NCBI GenBank assembly: GCA_963849325.1
Contig: CAWKHF010000008.1
Span: forward strand, 64,001-128,000
Direction of reading: 5' to 3'
Origin: an uncultured Planctomycetota bacterium
GTDB lineage: Bacteria > Planctomycetota > Planctomycetia > Gemmatales > Gemmataceae
Length of the DNA stretch: 64,000 bases
Part shown: positions 33,401 through 43,282 of the stretch, piece after piece
Layout: the number at the start of each line of letters is the position of its first letter
How positions within the stretch are numbered: the stretch's first letter is position 1
Made by a program: the position numbers and the translations under genes
Notes under the pieces: generated by a model
Databases searched by the model: none
Told to the model about the DNA's origin: nothing
The model's input: the letters and a program-made list of their open reading frames with translations, nothing else

Positions 33401-34317
33401 CAGCGATCGAGCACCTCGTCGGCGTCGGCCCGCTTGAGGAAACCGCCGAGTTCCGTCAGCGTGTGTACGCCGGCCTCCTCGCGCAGGTGTCGTTTGCCGT
33501 AGGGCGTCAACTGCGCCAGGCGCGACACGTCGTTGGTGCGGCGCATCTCGTCGCGGCACGAGTCGAAGAACTCGCACCATTCGCAGCGGTCGTACAGGTG
33601 CCAGTGCGCCTCGCGTCCCTCGCCGGCGAGAATGCGGCCGAGGTCGTGGCGGAGAAAGCGCTCCAGGTGCGGTCGAAAATCGCCGAGGTTGAACGGCTCC
33701 GGCGCCGGCTGTTGGCCCAGCCACACGGCGCCGCGCTCGAGATCGACGTGGGCGTCGATGCCCTCGGCGTCGAGCACCGCCTGCAATTCCAGGGCGTAGA
33801 AGAGGACCTGCACGCGATGCGTCAGCTTCAAGGCCGCGCCGCGCTTGAGATCGACGATGCGCAATAGCCGGCCGCCGTCCGGGCTGGGCAGGACGGCGAT
33901 CAGGTCGGGATGATTGTCGCTGATGAGGACTCGTCGGCGATCGATGCCGTGGGCGTCGTAGAAGCTCGGCGGCGGCGCCAGTGTCGGTTGATAGAGGAAG
34001 CGACCGGCCGGCTCGCGGCGCAGATGGCGCAGCGTCTGGGCCAGCGGCAGGCGGCGCGTGTGCAGTTCCCCGGAACCGGCGGCGACGACGACCTGGCCGA
34101 CAAGGAGACGCTCGACGACTTCGCGTTCCCATTGGTAGCCGCTGGCGAGAATGGATTCGATGAGCGGGCTGCGATCGAAGGCGGGTTTGGGGATGTCCTG
34201 GCGTTGGCGTTCGCGCGGCGTGGCCGAGCTGTAATAGAGGAAGCGTTCGCAGTCGTGGAAGAAGTAGCGGGCGATGGTGGACGGACTGATGCGGAACGGC
34301 GGCGCGACAGCAGGCAT
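30491..34317 (-). CDS. Cas4/RecB-like [4Fe-4S] nuclease fused to an SF1B (Dna2/Upf1-like) helicase, ~1275 aa (frameshifts ~31625, ~31335)
   Basis: ISPSTI...HDCERF; HPDL..RIVDLK; HRVQVLFY; CEWCEFFDSC; WGPPGTGKT; IDEASQ; AGDHLQLPP; NFRMN; TVDKMQG; NRLNVALTRAR. Confidence 0.88.
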
Positions 34318-34333
34318 GGTCGGATCTCGATCG

Positions 34334-36887
34334 TCATTTCCGGAAACTCTGCAACAGCGCTCCGAACGCTTGCAGCGCCTGCTGGACCACTTCGGGAGGA
34401 GGCACCGGCAGCTTGATGTAACTCTCGCCGGTTTGCTCATCGCGTTGCACCAGCGACCGCGGCGCGGGACCATTGGCCGACGGCGCCGCGGCGCCCCCGA
34501 TACCGAGTTGCTGCAACAGCGCCATGCCGGTCTGCAACAGCGCCGACCACGGATCGGCGGTCGGCGTTGACCCCTCCTCCGTCTCGGCTTCGGCCGCCAG
34601 CGGCGAACGGACCATGCGCCTCCGCCCACGCCGACCCGCGCTCGGCTCCGGTCCCGCTCGCTCGTCGGGTGGGACGCGCAGCGCCTCCTCGGCGTCCTCG
34701 ATCATCGCTTCGGGGATGGCCGACGTCGCCGACTCGACCGTCTCCATGAACTTGTTGAGCCGGCTGCCGCCCAGGAAGACCTCCTTGTCGCCGCCGTCCA
34801 GCACGCCGGCGAACAGCGATTTCTTGAACTTGAGCACCGCCAACATGCCTTCCTCGATCGTGCCCTGGGCCACGAAGTTGACCACGCGCACCGGCTGCGT
34901 CTGGCCGAGCCGATGCACCCGGCCGATGCGCTGCTCCAGCACCGCCGGGTTCCACGGCAGGTCCATGTTCAGCACCACCGAGGCGTGTTGCAGGTTCAGG
35001 CCGACGCCGCCGGCGTCGGTGGACAGGAACACCCGGCAGCTCGGGTCATCGCGGAAACGATCGATCAGGTCCTTGCGCTTCGTGCTCGGCACGCCGCCGT
35101 GGAAGAGGACGTGTTCCCAGCGCCGCCCCTCGAAGCGCCGCACCAGCAGCTCGTGCATGCGCAGCCATTGGCTGAACACCACCGCCTTGGCGCCCGGCCG
35201 TTCGCAGCACCTCGTCGAGCAGCGTCGCCGCCTCGTCCGCCTTGGCGCCCATGGTCGCTGCTGATGATCGACGAGGTAGCTGCTGTCGCAGGCCATGCGC
35301 ATGCGCTGCAGCGCGATCATCAGCCGCCGCTGGTCCGCCTCCGACAGAAAGCGGTAGCGCCGCCACTTCTGCACGATGCGGGCGACGATCTCCAGGTTCT
35401 CCGAGTGGTGCTTGCGCTGCAGCTCCGTCATCGGCACGAAGATGTTGGTGTCGATGCGCTCGGGCAGCTGGTCGAGCACCTCGTCCTTGTGTCGCCGCAC
35501 CAGGATCGGCTCCAGCGTCTTGCCGATGCGGTCGAGGTCGCGGTAGCCGACGACCTTGCCGATCGGGATCGCGCACCTGGTGCTCGTGCAGCAGGCGGAA
35601 GGTCGGACCAAGGCGAAAGCGATCGACGAACTGCACGATGGAGATGAGTTCCTCCAGGCGGTTCTCCAGCGGCGTGCCGGTCAGGACGAGGGCGTAGGGG
35701 GCGGCGATCTTCTTGACGCTGCGGGCGGTGCGCGTGCTCCAGTTCTTGATCCGCTGGGCCTCGTCGAGGATGACGAGATCGGGCGCCCACGCCTCGATCA
35801 GGTCGAGGTCGCGATAAACCGTATCGTAATTGGTGATTTTGAAGAAGGCATCGGCGGCGAAATGGACCTCGCGGCGCGGACGCAGGCCGCCGACGACCTC
35901 GACAGAGCGGGCGCTGCAACGCTCGATCTCGCGCTGCCACTGGTGCTTGAGCGAGGTCGGGCAGACGATCAGGACGCGCTCGACGCCGAAGAGGCGGGCC
36001 ATGATCTCGGCGGCGGCGATGGCCTGGATCGTCTTGCCCAGGCCCATCTCGTCGCCGAGCAGGCAGCGGCCGGCCCGCGCGGCGAACAGGGCGCCCTCGC
36101 GCTGGTAGTCGTACAGCGACACTTTGAGGAGGTCTTTGAAGGCGGCGCTGCGGCTGCCGCGCGGGAACGCCTCGGCGATGCGCAGGCGGCGGCGCTCGGC
36201 GTCGCGCACCTCGGCGATGAAGGCGAGGACGTCGTCGTGGCAGCGCACCTCGTGTTCGTGACGGTTGGCGTCGGCGAGGAACGTCTCGAAGCGGCCGAAC
36301 GCCTCCGGCAGCAGGCTGCCGTCCACATCGAAGTAGCGCGTCGCCAGGCGAGCCAGAGCGGCGGGGCAGTCGCCGCCGGGCCGGAAGCGCACCTCGCGGC
36401 GGGCGCCGTAGTGCAGATAGACCTCGCTGGAAGGCGGCTGAAAGCCGGCACGGAGGGCGGCCACGCCGCCGCGCTTGCGCTCCAGCACGGCCAGCGCGAA
36501 TTCGATGTGCTTGCAGGTGCCGAGCGTGTTGGTGGCGAAGTCGGGGCAGGAGCAGTAGTTATCGCCCGGCTGCGCGCCGCGGACGTGGACGCGATAGGTG
36601 TTTTGCGTCTGCGGATTGGTGACGTCGAAGTCGGAGAAGATCGGATGATCGCCGACGTTGGTCAGGCGATAGTTCTGCTCGCGGCCGAACTGCCGCCGCA
36701 GCTGGACCTGCCAATCTTCCAGCGACATGCCCTCCGGCTTGTGCAAGCGCGACAACTTGGGTGGCCGGCGTTGTTTCGCTCGTGGCTCCGTCGGCGTTCG
36801 TTGTCGCGGCTGGCGCGGCGGTTCTGTCGTCGCCGGCCGGCGACGCGGCGGGTTGTTCGGTTCGAGCTTTTTCGGTCGCCATTGCAT
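34334..36887 (-). CDS. SWIM zinc finger + SNF2-family ATPase (frameshifts ~35570, ~35205-35260)
   Basis: CSCPDF...CKH; LYDYQ; GDEMGLGKT; LDEAQRIKN; LTGTPLEN; VFSQW; STDAGGVGLNLQ; DLPWNPA..EQRIGRVHRLGQ. Confidence 0.92.
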
Positions 36888-37115
36888 GAAGCATTCTCCC
36901 CTGTCTCCGCCGCCGAACGCCGGGCGGATGGTTCCCTCGACATTGTACGCGGGACGGGGACGAATTGCTGCCGCTCGTTACCAGCGCTGGCGGCTTCGGT
37001 AATCGGCGGGAATTGGGGGTGCATCGGTGAGGCGGATTCGTCATACTACAGCGCCCCAAGCTCAGCCGGGCACGGCCGTCAGGATGACGGCCCGGAAAGG
37101 AGAAAGGATTCCGCC

Positions 37116-39218
37116 ATGCCGCTTCGCTTCATTTTCGCGCTGCACAATCACCAGCCGGTCGGCAACTTCGGCCACGTCTTCGAGCACGCCTACCGCGACA
37201 GCTATCGGCCGTTCTTGGAGCTGCTCGACGAATACCCGGAAATCCCCATCGCCCTGCACACCAGCGGGCCGCTGATGGAATGGCTGGTCGAGCACAAGCC
37301 CGAATACGTCGATCGACTGCGTCGCATGGTTCGCCGCGGACAGGTCGAGATCCTGGGCGGCGGCTTCTACGAGCCGATCCTGCCCATGATTCCGCCGTGC
37401 GACCGCGTCGGACAGATTTCAACCTATAAAAACCATCTGGAAAATATCCTGGAAACGCGCGTGCGCGGCGCATGGGTGCCGGAACGAGTCTGGGAGCAGA
37501 ACCTGGTGACGGACCTCGCCGACGCAGGCGTCGAGTACACGGTCCTGGATGACCTGCACTTCCGCCAGGCCGGCGCCGAGGACGGCCAGTTGTTCGGCTA
37601 CCACCTGAGCGAAGACAACGGCCGATTGCTGCGTCTGTTCGCCGCCGCCGAGCCGCTTCGTTACCTGGTGCCCTACCGCGATCCCGCCGAGACGCTGGCC
37701 TACTTCGGCGAGTTGGCCGCGCGCCATCCCGACGCCGTCGTCGTCTTCGCCGACGACGGCGAGAAGTTCGGCGTGTGGCCGGAGATGTATCGCCACTGCT
37801 ACGAGCACGGCTGGCTGCGCCGCTTCTTCGACGCCCTGCGCGGCAACCGTCACTGGATTCAGCTGTGTACCTTCGCGCAGGCGCTGGACGAAACGAGTCC
37901 GGTCGGCCGGCTCTACCTGCCCGACGCCAGCTACCGCGAGATGACCGAGTGGGCCTTGCCGTTATCGCGGCTGTGCGATTACCGCGGTCTGGTCGGTGAA
38001 TTGCAGCACGATCCGCGCTGGGGCCGATTGCAGCGCTTCCTCCGCGCCGGCAACTGGCGCAACTTCAAGGTGCGCTATCCCGAGACGCAGGAGATGTATG
38101 CGCGCATGCTGCAAGTCAGCCGCCGCCTCCAGGACGCCAACGTCGATGCCGATACCTTGGCGAAGGCTCGGCGGGAGCTGTATCGCGCCCAGTGCAACTG
38201 TCCATGGTGGCACGGCACCTTTGGCGGCATCTACCTGCCGCACCTGCGCAGCGCCGTCTACGAACACCTCCTCGCGGCCGAGAACTTGCTGCGGGAGGCA
38301 GCGCCGCCTGCCGCCAACGGGATCGAGGCCGAGACGGCCGACTTCAACCTGGACGGCACGCCGGAGGTGTGCCTGGGCAACGATCATCTGGCCGCGTACT
38401 TTCACCCGGCCGTCGGCGGCTGCCTGTACGAACTCGACCTGCGGTCCATCCGCCACAACCTGCTGGCCACACTGGCGCGGCGGCCGGAGGCGTACCACGA
38501 CGCCATCCGCCACCATCACGGCGCGGCCTGGAAGCAGGTCGGACTCGATCACATGCTCCAGTACGACGACTACCTGCGCAAGAGCCTGATCGATCACTTC
38601 TACGAACCCGGCGTGACGCTGGAGCAGCTGGCCACGCGGCAGGAGCGCGAGCTGGGCGATTTCGTCACGGGCCGCTATGAGCATCGCCTGGAGCGCGGCA
38701 ACGGCGAGGCTCGGCTCATCCAGTGGCGCAACGGCCAGGTCGGCGAGCAGGCCGTGCGCGTCACCAAGGAAGTGCGCCTGACCGGCGACGGCGACGCCCT
38801 GGAAGTGTGGTACATTCTGGAGAATTGCCCGCGGCAAAATCCGCTTTACTTCGCCGTCGAGTTCAACTTCGCCGGCCTGGCGGCGGGCGCCGACGACCGC
38901 TACTTCTATCATGCCAGCCAGGCGCGGGCCGGCCAGCTGCAAACGCGGCAGGATTTGCCCGACGCCGACAAGATTGGCCTGGTCGATGAGTGGCGCGGCC
39001 TGGACGTGTCGCTGTCGCTGTCGCGGCGCGGACGCATCGGGGCGTTCCCCATCCAGACGGTCAGCCAATCGGAGGGCGGCTTCGAGCTGGTGCATCAGAG
39101 CACGGTTGTGATGCCGCAGTGGACCGTCGAGGCCGACGAGCACGGCCGTTGGGAAGTGACGCTGAGTCTGAAGTTGGACGCGGCGCGAGCGCTGTCGCGC
39201 TTGCGGAGTGCGGCGTAA
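37116..39218 (+). CDS. GH57 alpha-amylase/4-alpha-glucanotransferase
   Basis: HNHQPVGNF, EILGGGFYEPIL, GAWVPER.WEQ, ADDGEKFG.WP, ASYREM.EW, AQCNC.WWHG.FGG.YLPHLR, TVSQSEGGFE. Confidence 0.93.
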   Translation: MPLRFIFALHNHQPVGNFGHVFEHAYRDSYRPFLELLDEYPEIPIALHTSGPLMEWLVEHKPEYVDRLRRMVRRGQVEILGGGFYEPILPMIPPCDRVGQISTYKNHLENILETRVRGAWVPERVWEQNLVTDLADAGVEYTVLDDLHFRQAGAEDGQLFGYHLSEDNGRLLRLFAAAEPLRYLVPYRDPAETLAYFGELAARHPDAVVVFADDGEKFGVWPEMYRHCYEHGWLRRFFDALRGNRHWIQLCTFAQALDETSPVGRLYLPDASYREMTEWALPLSRLCDYRGLVGELQHDPRWGRLQRFLRAGNWRNFKVRYPETQEMYARMLQVSRRLQDANVDADTLAKARRELYRAQCNCPWWHGTFGGIYLPHLRSAVYEHLLAAENLLREAAPPAANGIEAETADFNLDGTPEVCLGNDHLAAYFHPAVGGCLYELDLRSIRHNLLATLARRPEAYHDAIRHHHGAAWKQVGLDHMLQYDDYLRKSLIDHFYEPGVTLEQLATRQERELGDFVTGRYEHRLERGNGEARLIQWRNGQVGEQAVRVTKEVRLTGDGDALEVWYILENCPRQNPLYFAVEFNFAGLAAGADDRYFYHASQARAGQLQTRQDLPDADKIGLVDEWRGLDVSLSLSRRGRIGAFPIQTVSQSEGGFELVHQSTVVMPQWTVEADEHGRWEVTLSLKLDAARALSRLRSAA

Positions 39219-39236
39219 GTAAATCGATTCGCTCGA

Positions 39237-39291
39237 TCGGAGCCCGCAACGTCAGCGAGGGATGTTCCCTCGCTGACGCTGCGGGCTCCGA
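39237..39291. repeat. REP-like palindrome, family C
   Basis: tcggagcccgcaacgtcagcgaggga-tgt-tccctcgctgacgctgcgggctccga. Confidence 0.85.
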
Positions 39292-39534
39292 CATTTCATT
39301 TCCTCGCGGATGCGCCATGCTCCGAAAAATCGCCACCCCATCCGCCCGTTCGCGGGTCGTCAACTGCTGATCGAGTCGCGCCGACGCTTGACAAGCGCGG
39401 CCGCGCGAATTAAGAGAGAGAAATGGATCGGGTCGATAGGGAAATCCTACATCCGCGTCGAGTTGGCCGGAACGGGCGGTTCGCGTCGCCGACCCAAACG
39501 CGGCATTCCTTTCCTCAATGCGAGGTCAGCGCTT

Positions 39535-40584
39535 ATGATGCTCTTCCTTGCCGCTCAACGTCGAAGCGGCTTCCGGACCTGGCTGCCGCTCCTGCTCCTG
39601 TGCATGGTTTGCCCGCCGGCCCGCGCCGGCGAATCCTGGGTCGGCAAGACGATCCTCGTCAAGAAAGCCGGCATCCGCATCGGTCACAGCGATGGCGAGG
39701 AGAGCGTCTATACTGCGACCCTGCGTGTCGTGAGCTACCGCGTGCTGGCCGAAGAGGGGAACTTTATCAAGGTGAATGAGAATGGGGTTGCCGATTGGTT
39801 TAGCAAGAACGACGCCGTGCTGCTGGAAAACGCGGTGGACTATTTTACCGATCGCATTCGCGCCAATCCCAGAGACGCTGCGGCCTACGTCCATCGCGGA
39901 GTGGCTTGGAGGTTGAAGGGTGAACTGGACATTGCCGTCAAGGATTACGACGAAGCCATACGACTCGACCCCAAACACGCTCCTGCCTTCATCCACCGGG
40001 GCATCGCCTACCGGGGCAAGAAAGACTACGACCGCGCCATCAAGGACTACGACGAAGCCATACGGCTCGACCCCAAATACGTCTGGCCCTTCATCAATCG
40101 GGGCAACGCCTACCAGGGCAAGAAGGTCTACGACCGCGCCATCAAGGACTACGACGAAGCCATACGGCTCGATCCCAAATTCGCCTACCCCTATGGAAAC
40201 CGGGCCGAAACGCGCTCCAAGATAAAGCAATACGCCGAGGCCGTCCGCGATTTCGAGATAGCATTGCAACTTCATCCGTCCTTGGACGGGCTGCACCGCG
40301 ATTACGCCCTCTTCCGCGCGACCTGCCCGGAGGCGAGCTACCGCGACGGCGAGAAGGCAGTGCAGTTGGCCCAAAAAGCGCTCGAGCTGGCCGGCCGAAT
40401 CGTGGACTGGGAGTATCGCGCCGCCCTCGCGGCCGCCTACGCCGAGACGGGCCAATTCGACAAGGCCGTGACGGAGCAGACCAGGGCTGTTGAGGACAAA
40501 TCGCTGGACCGCGAGGACCGCGCCAGGATGGAGCAACGGCTGAAACTGTACCGCGACAAAAAACCCTACCGGGACCAGGAGTGA
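39535..40584 (+). CDS. Secreted TPR-repeat protein
   Basis: Signal peptide; three YDEAIRLDPK repeats; ATCPEASYRDGEKAV..A; RLKLYRDKKPYRD C-terminus; start uncertain. Confidence 0.88.
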   Translation: MMLFLAAQRRSGFRTWLPLLLLCMVCPPARAGESWVGKTILVKKAGIRIGHSDGEESVYTATLRVVSYRVLAEEGNFIKVNENGVADWFSKNDAVLLENAVDYFTDRIRANPRDAAAYVHRGVAWRLKGELDIAVKDYDEAIRLDPKHAPAFIHRGIAYRGKKDYDRAIKDYDEAIRLDPKYVWPFINRGNAYQGKKVYDRAIKDYDEAIRLDPKFAYPYGNRAETRSKIKQYAEAVRDFEIALQLHPSLDGLHRDYALFRATCPEASYRDGEKAVQLAQKALELAGRIVDWEYRAALAAAYAETGQFDKAVTEQTRAVEDKSLDREDRARMEQRLKLYRDKKPYRDQE

Positions 40585-40592
40585 ATCCGCAG

Positions 40593-40633
40593 CCCTTGTC
40601 CCAACCTCTCTCCCTCGAAGCGGAGGAGAGGGA
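40593..40633. repeat. Degenerate single REP-like unit related to 43113..43212
   Basis: cccttgtcccaacctctctccctcgaagcggaggagaggga. Confidence 0.55.
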
Positions 40634-40736
40634 CGAGAGGAATCGCGGATACGCTTTGCGTCTGGCCGGACGCGGCCCATGTCGCGCTTGCGAACGGCGG
40701 CGCCAGAGGCGCGGGCGGGGTCGGCGCATCTCTCCA

Positions 40737-41177
40737 TCACGGCTGCCAGGTGACTTCGCGCAGGACATCGCGTTCGTAAATCTTCATGGCGTCGATGACC
40801 TGATCGCGGATCGCCGGTTCCTTGCTGAGATCATCGAGCAGTTGAATGATGTCCGTGGCGACCTGGACATGATAGACAGCTGCGGCTTCGTTGATCGGAC
40901 GGCTGAAATCGTAGTCCGCCTCGTTTCGAATACGCCGTAGCTGCTTCAAATATACCCCGGCGTTGCTTACATCCGGATGGCCCGAATTGCTCAGGCGCAG
41001 CCAAAGATACGCATGCGTCCGTTCGCTGCCGGGGACGCGGAAACCTCCTTGGAGGAGGATGCCGCGCACCTTGTGGAAGGCCGCGTAGTAGGCGCGGCTG
41101 ATGGCCGAACGCCAATCGGCTTGCCGCGAACCCGTACTGAGTTCGTCGGCCAATGCCAGGAAGCCTGTTTCATCCAT
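40737..41177 (-). CDS. HEPN-domain protein (UPF0332-like), copy 1
   Basis: WRSAISRAYYAAFH, HAYLW, LRRIRNEADYD. Confidence 0.85.
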   Translation of the reverse strand: MDETGFLALADELSTGSRQADWRSAISRAYYAAFHKVRGILLQGGFRVPGSERTHAYLWLRLSNSGHPDVSNAGVYLKQLRRIRNEADYDFSRPINEAAAVYHVQVATDIIQLLDDLSKEPAIRDQVIDAMKIYERDVLREVTWQP

Positions 41178-41528
41178 CAGCGTTTGATATCCAGCAGGAG
41201 GCAAAAGAGGTGTTTTCGCAGCGGGGGGTACAGACGATCCGACTCCCGATTCCATTGATTGTTGGCTACCCGCACTTCGTCCAGCGGGAGTCCGGCCACT
41301 TCCACATCAAAAATAATCTGCGTGTTGTAGCTCAACTCCGGATCTTCTTCGACGCTCACCTTTACGGAGCGCGCTGTGGGGAAGAGGCGATGAGTCGCCT
41401 CCAGCAGCGGTTGCAGACAATGTTCCGCCTGATGGGCGGCGGCGAAAGCGACAACGTCAGCGGGAAAAGCCGCCGTTGACGCCGTTGCTCGCGGTGCTGT
41501 CGCCGGTAGTCGTTTGCGGGATCGTCAT
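41177..41528 (-). CDS. Hypothetical HEPN partner, copy 1 (frameshift ~41465)
   Basis: MTIPQTTTGDS...PADVVAFAAA...CLQPLLEATHRLFPTAR...EEDPEL...LLLDIKR; TGATG coupling to the HEPN gene. Confidence 0.75.
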
Positions 41529-41555
41529 GGTCTTGATCTCCTTGGTCGGAAAGAA

Positions 41556-41995
41556 TCACGAATGCCAGGTCACTTCGTGCAAAACGTCGCGCTCGTAGAC
41601 CTTGATGGCGTCGAGGACCGGGGCGAGGATGGCGGCTTCCTTGGCGAGATCATCGAGCAATTGAATGATGTCGGTGGCGGCCTGAACCTGTTCCAGGGCG
41701 GCGGCCTGATCCAGCGGGTCGTCGAAATCGTAATCCGCCCAGTTCCGTGTACTTCGTAGATGGTCCAGTTGATGCCCAAGCTCCATAACGTCTGGGTGTC
41801 CGCAGTTGCTCAGGCGCAACCACAGGTAAGCGTGGGCCTTGTCCGCGGTCGGCACGACGAATCCGCCGCGTCGCAGAAGACGCCGCGCTTTGTGGAAGGC
41901 CGCGTAATAGGCACGGCTGATGGCGGAGCGCCATTCCGCCTCGGTGTCCCCAGGGACAGGGCGTCCGCCACGTTGAGGAAACCTGTCTCATCCAT
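41556..41995 (-). CDS. HEPN-domain protein, copy 2 (frameshifts)
   Basis: MDETGFLNVAD...WRSAISRAYYAAFH...HAYLWLRLSN...LRSTRNWADYD. Confidence 0.82.
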
Positions 41996-42345
41996 CAGCG
42001 TTTCAAATCCAGGCGTAGACGAAAGATGCAGGCGAGTATCGGGGAGCAGATACGAAGCAATTCCTGAATCCACTCTTTTCTCGCCGCCCGCGATTGGTCC
42101 AGGGAGAGTCCGGCCACCTGCACGTTATACAAAATATGGCGGTCGTCGCGGATCTCCGGATCGTCGTCGATCTGCACCTTGACGAATCGCGCCGTGGGGA
42201 AAATGCGGTGCGTCGCCTCCAACAAGGGTTGCAGGCAGTCTTGCACCCCGTTGGCGGCGGCGAAGGCGAGGACATCGGCGGGGAATGCGCCGTTGACGCT
42301 ATTGGTCGCGGCGCTGTCGCCGGTAGTCGTTTGCGGAGCGGTCAT
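41995..42345 (-). CDS. Hypothetical HEPN partner, copy 2
   Basis: MTAPQTTTGDS...FPADVLAFAAA...DDDPEIRDDRHILYNVQV...LRLDLKR; RBS aaggaga. Confidence 0.8.
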   Translation of the reverse strand: MTAPQTTTGDSAATNSVNGAFPADVLAFAAANGVQDCLQPLLEATHRIFPTARFVKVQIDDDPEIRDDRHILYNVQVAGLSLDQSRAARKEWIQELLRICSPILACIFRLRLDLKR

Positions 42346-42499
42346 CGGTTCGATCTCCTTTCCTTGTCTGTAATCGCATCCTACCCGATGCGCGTGCGCG
42401 GCGGCAAGCACGACCGGCCGGGAGGTTGACGCGGGCCGCATCCGCCCGCTACCTTGACCGGGACGCAACGGATCATGTCCTCTTTCGCGGGTATCTCTC

Positions 42500-43153
42500 A
42501 TGCGTGTTGGCGTCTTCGGCGGCACCTTCGATCCGGTCCACACCGGCCACCTTCTTCTGGCGGAGCAGGCCCGCGAACAGGGACGGCTCGACGAGGTTTG
42601 GTTCGTCCCCGCTCCGCGTCCACCGCACAAGGACGAGCCGGCCCTGACGCGCTTCGAGCAGCGCGTCGAGATGCTGGCCCTGGCGCTGGCCGGCAATCCC
42701 GCCTTCCGCATTGACGAGCTGGAGAAAGAGCGCGGCGGTCCCAGCTACACCGTGGACACGCTCGCCGAGCTGCGTCGCCGTCATCCCACTCACGAATTCT
42801 TCCTCCTCATCGGCTCCGACACGCTGCACGATCTGCCGCTGTGGCACGATCCGGCCGGCGTGCTCGAACGAGCCGGTCTGCTGGTCATGGCCCGGCCCAA
42901 CAGTCCCGTGCTGACGGTGGAACAACTGCGTGTACGGCTGCGTCTGCCCGACGGCGTGCCGTTGCGCCTGGAGGTAATGGAGATGCCGCAGATCGACATT
43001 TCCAGCCGCGACCTGCGCCGCCGCGCCGCCGCCGGCCGCAGTCTGCGCTACTTCCTGCCGCGCGCCGTGGAGTGCTACATCCACGACAAACGTCTCTATC
43101 GCTCCGACCATACTCCCCTCTCCCCCGCTTCGGGGGAGAGGGGTAGGGGGTGA
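42500..43153 (+). CDS. nadD: Nicotinate-nucleotide adenylyltransferase
   Basis: GVFGGTFDPVHTGH, PPHK, SYTVDTL, LIGSD, ISSRDLR. Confidence 0.95.
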   Translation: MRVGVFGGTFDPVHTGHLLLAEQAREQGRLDEVWFVPAPRPPHKDEPALTRFEQRVEMLALALAGNPAFRIDELEKERGGPSYTVDTLAELRRRHPTHEFFLLIGSDTLHDLPLWHDPAGVLERAGLLVMARPNSPVLTVEQLRVRLRLPDGVPLRLEVMEMPQIDISSRDLRRRAAAGRSLRYFLPRAVECYIHDKRLYRSDHTPLSPASGERGRG

Positions 43154-43212
43154 GGGGGCGGCTCTTCCCCCTCACCCCCTACCCCTCTCCCCCGAAGCGG
43201 GGGAGAGGGGAG
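43113..43212. repeat. REP doublet (cccctctccc...gggagagggg family)
   Basis: Long inverted repeat with an internal hairpin in each arm; overlaps the nadD 3' end. Confidence 0.88.
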
Positions 43213-43282
43213 AAGAAGCCGCTCGCTTGCCGGTGGGGCGTCTCATCCGGACAATAGAGTTCAATCGCCCGGAGGAGCGCTC

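Noticed and set aside
33560-34317. cas4 gene indicating a CRISPR-Cas locus
   Set aside because: The Cas4-like domain is fused to an SF1B helicase, and there is no cas1, cas2 or array.
35556-39218. 1220-aa ORF as one fusion protein
   Set aside because: The first ~520 aa are the antisense shadow of the SNF2 gene; GH57 motifs begin at ATG 37116, which has its own RBS.
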